Below, in pieces: positions 57,411 through 64,000 of a stretch of 64,000 bases of DNA; position 1 is the stretch's first letter; every line of letters starts with the position of its first letter. The notes under the pieces are model-generated. The model saw only the letters and a program-made list of their open reading frames with translations. It had not been told where the DNA came from and made no database searches. A program made the translations under genes and the position numbers. The stretch is taken from the NCBI GenBank assembly GCA_964016885.1, contig OZ024757.1, positions 31,496,001 through 31,560,000 of the forward strand, read 5' to 3'. The DNA is from Eledone cirrhosa. Lineage: Eukaryota.

Positions 57411-59282
57411 GTACACTGCAAGATTGGGCCACGGTTCACTAACCGAAAACCCCCAAGAGATATGTGAAATACTGAACGAACAGTACAAAAGTGTGTTGAC
57501 ATGTCCACTGAGGCACATGCAAATAACGAAGCCAGAGGAGTTCTTTGATGCCACAACACTACATCAAGAAATGGCAACCATCAACCACATAGACATAACG
57601 GAGGTGGATGTGGTGTACGCCATTGATGAAATTAGAACAGACTCGGCTGCTGGACCTGATGGATTCCCAGCAGTTCTCTTAAAAATATGTAAGCGGGCCT
57701 TAGCAACTCCACTGAAGATGCTCTTCAGAAGCTCCTTGGCTAGCGGTGTACTACCCAGGGAGCTGAAGGAAGGCACAATATGCCCTATCCATAAAGGAGG
57801 TAGTAGAGCGGAGGCCAAGAACTATAGGCCAGTCTCCCTGACGTCGCATATCAGTAAGGTCATGGAGCGAGTCGTCAGAAAGAAACTAATCACTTTCCTC
57901 GAAGAAAATGACCGCCTGACTAGCACGCAACATGGCTTCCGCCCAGGAAGAAGCTGCCTTACACAGCTGCTACATCACTACGACTGGGTACTGAGACAAC
58001 TACTAGACAGCTCACATGTGGACGTGATATATCTTGACTTTGCGAAGGCCTTTGACAAGGTCGACCACGGAATGATATGTCACAAACTACACGGACTCGG
58101 CATAACTGGAAAAGTAGGTGGGTGGCTGCATGGTTTCCTAAGGGACAGAAGCCAGGCAGTCGCAGCAAATGGGGCCCTCTCGAGGGAAACACCGATAACA
58201 AGTGGGGTGCCCCAGGGGACAGTCCTGGGACCACTACTGTTTTTGGTGGCTCTCTCGGACATGCCCTCTGTGGTGCATGCAACAACATCCCTCTCTAGCT
58301 ATGCTGATGACACTAAGGTAGCACAGGCAATCAAAAACCCGGCTGACGCTGCCCTTTTACAGCAGGATCTGGATGCCATATACAGATAGATAGGCGGAAG
58401 AAAACAACATGCAGTTTAATGCTGGCAAATTCCAAGCCCTACAATACAAACCTGCAAACACAAATATAGTGGAACACAGCTACACAGGACCAGGAGAGAC
58501 CGATATCCCCGTGTCAAAATCGATACGAGACCTGGGCATAGACATGAGCGACGATGCATCTTTTTCTTCACACATCATGAAAGTGGCGACAACGTGCAGA
58601 CGACTCGCTGGCTGGATCTTGAGGACTTTCCGGACAAGAGATCGAGACACCATGTTGACACTGTGGAGGACTTTTGTCCTAAGCCGCCTGGACTACTGCT
58701 CCCAGTTGTGGTCACCCCATAGTGTCAAACTAACCACGGAGCTTGAGGCAATCCAGCGAAGCTACACCAAGAGGATTGCCAAGATGAGGGAGACAAGCTA
58801 CTGGGAAAGGCTAAAGGAACTGAACCTCTACTCCTTGGAGCGAAGACGGGAGAGATACGCAGTGATCTACATGTGGAAAATCCTGGAGGGACTAGCACCA
58901 AACTTTGGCATTGGCAGCTGGACCAACCGTCGAACGGGACGGCACTGTGTGGTGCCAAAGGTCCCGTCTTCCACATCTAGAATAAGGAGCAGGTATTGCA
59001 ATAGCCTGGGATTCAAGGGCCCTCAACTCTTCAACAGGCTGCGAAGCATCTGAGAGACTTGCATGACGTGGAGGTGGATGTCTTTAAGAAACATCTCGAC
59101 ACCTTGTTATCCAGGATCCCGGATGAGCCCACAGCAAGACACGAGGGAAACCTAAGGGCAGCAGCAACAAACTCCCTCTTACACCAGTGGCCAACCTATA
59201 CAGGCTGGAGATAAAATGTGTAGCAACAAGGGCGGTGCCCCAGCACGGCTTCAGCCGGATGGCTGAAACAGGTAAAAGAGTA
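57411..59282 (+). mobile_element. 5'-truncated CR1-group (CR1/L2/Crack-like) LINE, ORF2 RT and C-terminus with 3' UTR; disabled
   Basis: SAAGPDG, PIHKGG, NYRPVSLTS, QHGFRPGRSC, YLDFAKAFDKVDH, SGVPQGTVLGPLLF, YADDTK motifs. Disrupted at ~58385 (AGATAGATAG, stop plus 4-nt duplication) and by a 1-nt loss at ~59040; reconstructed frame ends at TAA 59212-59214. 3' stem-loop TTCAGCC-GGAT-GGCTGAA at 59250-59267. Confidence 0.93.
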
Positions 59283-59313
59283 TATATAAATTTATATATA
59301 TATATATATAAAT

Positions 59314-59407
<94 letters not shown>

Positions 59408-59501
59408 TTATATATATATATATATAAATATATATATAAATATATATATAAATATATATATAAATATATATATAAATATATATATAAATATATATATAAA
59501 T

Positions 59502-59536
<35 letters not shown>

Positions 59537-59565
59537 AATATATATATAAATATATATATAAATAT

Positions 59566-59616
<51 letters not shown>

Positions 59617-59631
59617 TATATATATATAAAT

Positions 59632-59887
<256 letters not shown>

Positions 59888-59932
59888 ATATTTATATATA
59901 TATTTATATATATATATATATATTTATATATT

Positions 59933-59997
<65 letters not shown>

Positions 59998-60006
59998 ATA
60001 TATATT

Positions 60007-60041
<35 letters not shown>

Positions 60042-60044
60042 ATT

Positions 60045-60079
<35 letters not shown>

Positions 60080-60102
60080 ATTTACATATATATATATATA
60101 TT

Positions 60103-60271
<169 letters not shown>

Positions 60272-60286
60272 ATATATTTATATATT

Positions 60287-60360
<74 letters not shown>

Positions 60361-60402
60361 TATATATATATATATTTATATATATATTTATATATATATA
60401 TT

Positions 60403-60456
<54 letters not shown>

Positions 60457-60458
60457 TA

Positions 60459-60575
<117 letters not shown>

Positions 60576-60576
60576 T

Positions 60577-60634
<58 letters not shown>

Positions 60635-60650
60635 TATATATATATATATT

Positions 60651-60733
<83 letters not shown>

Positions 60734-60752
60734 TTATATATATATATTTATA

Positions 60753-60783
<31 letters not shown>

Positions 60784-60800
60784 TTATATATATATATATT

Positions 60801-60835
<35 letters not shown>

Positions 60836-60880
60836 ATTTACATATATATATTTATATTTATATTTATATATATATATATT

Positions 60881-60915
<35 letters not shown>

Positions 60916-60938
60916 ATTTACATATATATATATATATT

Positions 60939-61028
<90 letters not shown>

Positions 61029-61054
61029 TATATATATATATTTATATATATATT

Positions 61055-61103
<49 letters not shown>

Positions 61104-61226
61104 TTATATTTATATATATATATATTTATATATTTATATATATATATTTATATTTATATATATTTATATATATATATATATTTATATATTTATATATATA
61201 TATATATTTATAAATATATATATATT

Positions 61227-61257
<31 letters not shown>

Positions 61258-61329
61258 CCTCCAAAATGAAACTGGTATCAACGTCATCATCATCCTCAGG
61301 TGCCCCTATTGTGGAAAATGAATTAGATT

Positions 61330-61690
61330 TTGGCAGAATCGTTAGGGAGCGAGACAAAGCAACTAGTAGTACCATGTCTCGGCCCCTTTACGTTCTGGGT
61401 TCCCTTTACCCGTCGAGGGCAGTTTTTGCCTTTCATGCTTCCGGGGTCGGTACGATATACGATAAAGTACCAGCCATGTACTGGGGTGAATATAATCGAC
61501 TTTCCTTCCCCATATTCCCTAGATTGGCAGTATTGGTAGAGCGTCAGACAGCATGCTTTGCAGCATACAGTTATGGCCCTTTACGTTCTGAGTTCAAATC
61601 TCGCAAAGGTTAGCTTTGGGGTCGATACAATAAAGTACCAGTAATGCACTGGGGCCGATTTAATGACTAATTCAGAAACCATTATTAATA
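61330..61690 (+). mobile_element. Two degenerate S1 SINE copies (more at ~62540-62825)
   Basis: TTGGCAGAATCG / TTGGCAGTATTGG heads and core motifs. Confidence 0.75.
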
Positions 61691-61694
61691 ATTA

Positions 61695-62521
61695 TTTCTA
61701 CCTTTGGCACAAGGCCAGCAATTACCCCAGTGTATTACTGGTACTTTATTTTATCGACCCCGTAAGGATGAAAGGCAAAGTTAACCTCGGCAGGATTTGA
61801 ACTCAGATCATAAAGGGCCATATCTCTATGCTCTTTATGACCCGAGTTCAAATCCCACCGAGGTTAACTTTGCCTTAATCGTTTCTACCTTTGGCACAAG
61901 GCCAGCAATTACCCCAGTGTATTACTGGTACTTTATTTTATCGACCCCGTAAGGATGAAAGGCAAAGTTAACCTCGGCAGGATTTGAACTCAGATCATAA
62001 AGGGCCATATCTCTATGCTCTTTATGACCCGAGTTCAAATCCCACCGAGGTTAACTTTGCCTTAATCGTTTCTACCTTTGGCACAAGGCCAGCAATTACC
62101 CCAGTGTATTACTGGTACTTTATTTTATCGACCCCGTAAGGATGAAAGGCAAAGTTAACCTCGGCAGGATTTGAACTCAGATCATAAAGGGCCATATCTC
62201 TATGCTCTTTATGACCCGAGTTCAAATCCCACCGAGGTTAACTTTGCCTTAATCGTTTCTACCTTTGGCACAAGGCCAGCAATTACCCCAGTGTATTACT
62301 GGTACTTTATTTTATCGACCCCGTAAGGATGAAAGGCAAAGTTAACCTCGGCAGGATTTGAACTCAGATCATAAAGGGCCATACCTCTATGCTCTTTATG
62401 ATCCGAGTTCAAATCCCACCGAGGTTAACTTTGCCTTAATCGTTTCTACTTTTGGCACAAGGCCAGCAATTACCCCAGTGTATTACTGGTACTTTATTTT
62501 ATCGACCCCGTAAGGATGAAA
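61695..62521. repeat. 187-bp tandem array (4 full units + partial) made of SINE S1 sequence with an internal inverted repeat
   Basis: Unit starts at 61695, 61882, 62069, 62256, 62443; units nearly identical. Confidence 0.95.
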
Positions 62522-63019
62522 CTATTATTAATAATCACAATCAAATGCCTCCAAGGTTAGCTTCGCATTTCATCCTTACGGAGGTCGATAACATTAAGTA
62601 CCAGTAACACACTGAGGTCAGTAATTGCTGGCCTTGTGCCAAAAGTAGAAAGAATTATTAATTATCACATTCTCAATTCAAATCCCTCCAAGGTTAGCTT
62701 CTCATTGCCTTTCATCCTTATAGGGGGGGGGGGGGGGGGTCGATAAAATAAAGTACCAGTAACGGACTGGGGTCGATTTAATCGACTTTTCCTCCCTTCA
62801 AATTGCTGGTCTTGTGCCTAAACCTGAACCCGTGTAATTTGGCCAATATCAGGCTAAGTTGTTTATCAGGCATATTAAGTGTGGAGTGAAATAAGTTACC
62901 TCCCCCTCCCCCTCCCCTAACAGAAAAGGAAAGAAAGGAAAGAATGAAAAAATATGTAGGTTGTGCTGAATATCCTAAATACTTCTTGCATGCATATATG
63001 TATGTCTGGCGGTATATAG

Positions 63020-63050
<31 letters not shown>

Positions 63051-63056
63051 TGTATG

Positions 63057-63088
<32 letters not shown>

Positions 63089-63116
63089 TGTATGTATGTA
63101 TGTATATGTATGTATG

Positions 63117-63148
<32 letters not shown>

Positions 63149-63156
63149 TATATATG

Positions 63157-63188
<32 letters not shown>

Positions 63189-63843
63189 TATGTATGTATA
63201 TATATATATATATATGTATGTATATATATATATATGTATGTATATATATATATATGTATGTATATATATATATATGTATGTATATATATATATGTATGTA
63301 TATATATATATGTATGTATATATATATATGTATGTATATATATATGTATGTATGTATGTATATATATATATGTATGTATATATATATATGTATGTATATA
63401 TATATATGTATGTATATGTATGTATGTATGTATGTATATGTATGTATGTATATATAAATATATATATGTATGTATATATAAATATATATATATGTATGTA
63501 TATATAAATATATATATGTATGTATATATAAATATATATATGTATGTATATATAAATATATATATGTATGTATATATAAATATATATATATGTATGTATA
63601 TATAAATATATATATATGTATGTATATATAAATATATATATATGTATGTATATATATATATATATATATATAATGTTAGGTGTGTAACTAGTTACAAGCG
63701 GCGCGCCGTTCGTAGCACTCAATATATGTACATGTGTGTGAATATGTATATATATGTACATGTGTGTGAATATGTATATATATATGCATATGTACACATG
63801 TAATATATGTGTGTATAAATGTACACATTTATTATATGTCTAT

Positions 63844-63878
<35 letters not shown>

Positions 63879-64000
63879 TGTATATATGTGTACCAAATGG
63901 GTAAGGAAGTTGGAATTTCAGTAAACAGCTGAACAAGTATGTGTAATGTTTGCAGCAGGTTGAGAGAGGTGGGGGGGGGGGATAGAGACGTATTGTCCCC

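Overview
Eukaryotic, AT-rich, microsatellite-saturated genomic DNA. The repeat landscape (tRNA-derived SINE families, RTE/CR1 tails, huge TA/CA tracts) looks like a coleoid cephalopod, probably an octopus; this is an inference. Almost all ORFs in the supplied track are translations of microsatellites. The only host coding sequence I can support is the last two exons (minus strand, 18353-18479 and 16979-17169, GT-AG, phase-compatible) of an E75/Rev-erb (NR1D) nuclear receptor ligand-binding domain. No upstream exons were recognisable, so most of the window is probably intron or 3' flank. Mobile DNA comprises a frameshifted Penelope-like element (PLE) RT, a 5'-truncated CR1-group LINE, several RTE 3' fragments, many SINEs, and piggyBac/hAT/Tc1-mariner-type MITEs. 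There is a 200-N gap at 52757-52956. Four observations stand out. (1) Several unrelated families of short (TA)n-embedded, often palindromic inserts; some carry minimal hammerhead ribozymes, and many share a positionally conserved YGAGTRCY motif near their TA junction. (2) Dense clusters of AGGTCA-type nuclear-receptor elements (RORE, DR2, DR1, DR4, IR) in unique islands around the NR1D gene. (3) A homogeneous 187-bp tandem array in which every unit folds into a ~50-bp SINE-derived hairpin. (4) LINE-SINE tail partnerships visible within the window. All coordinates were read by eye; repeat boundaries are approximate.
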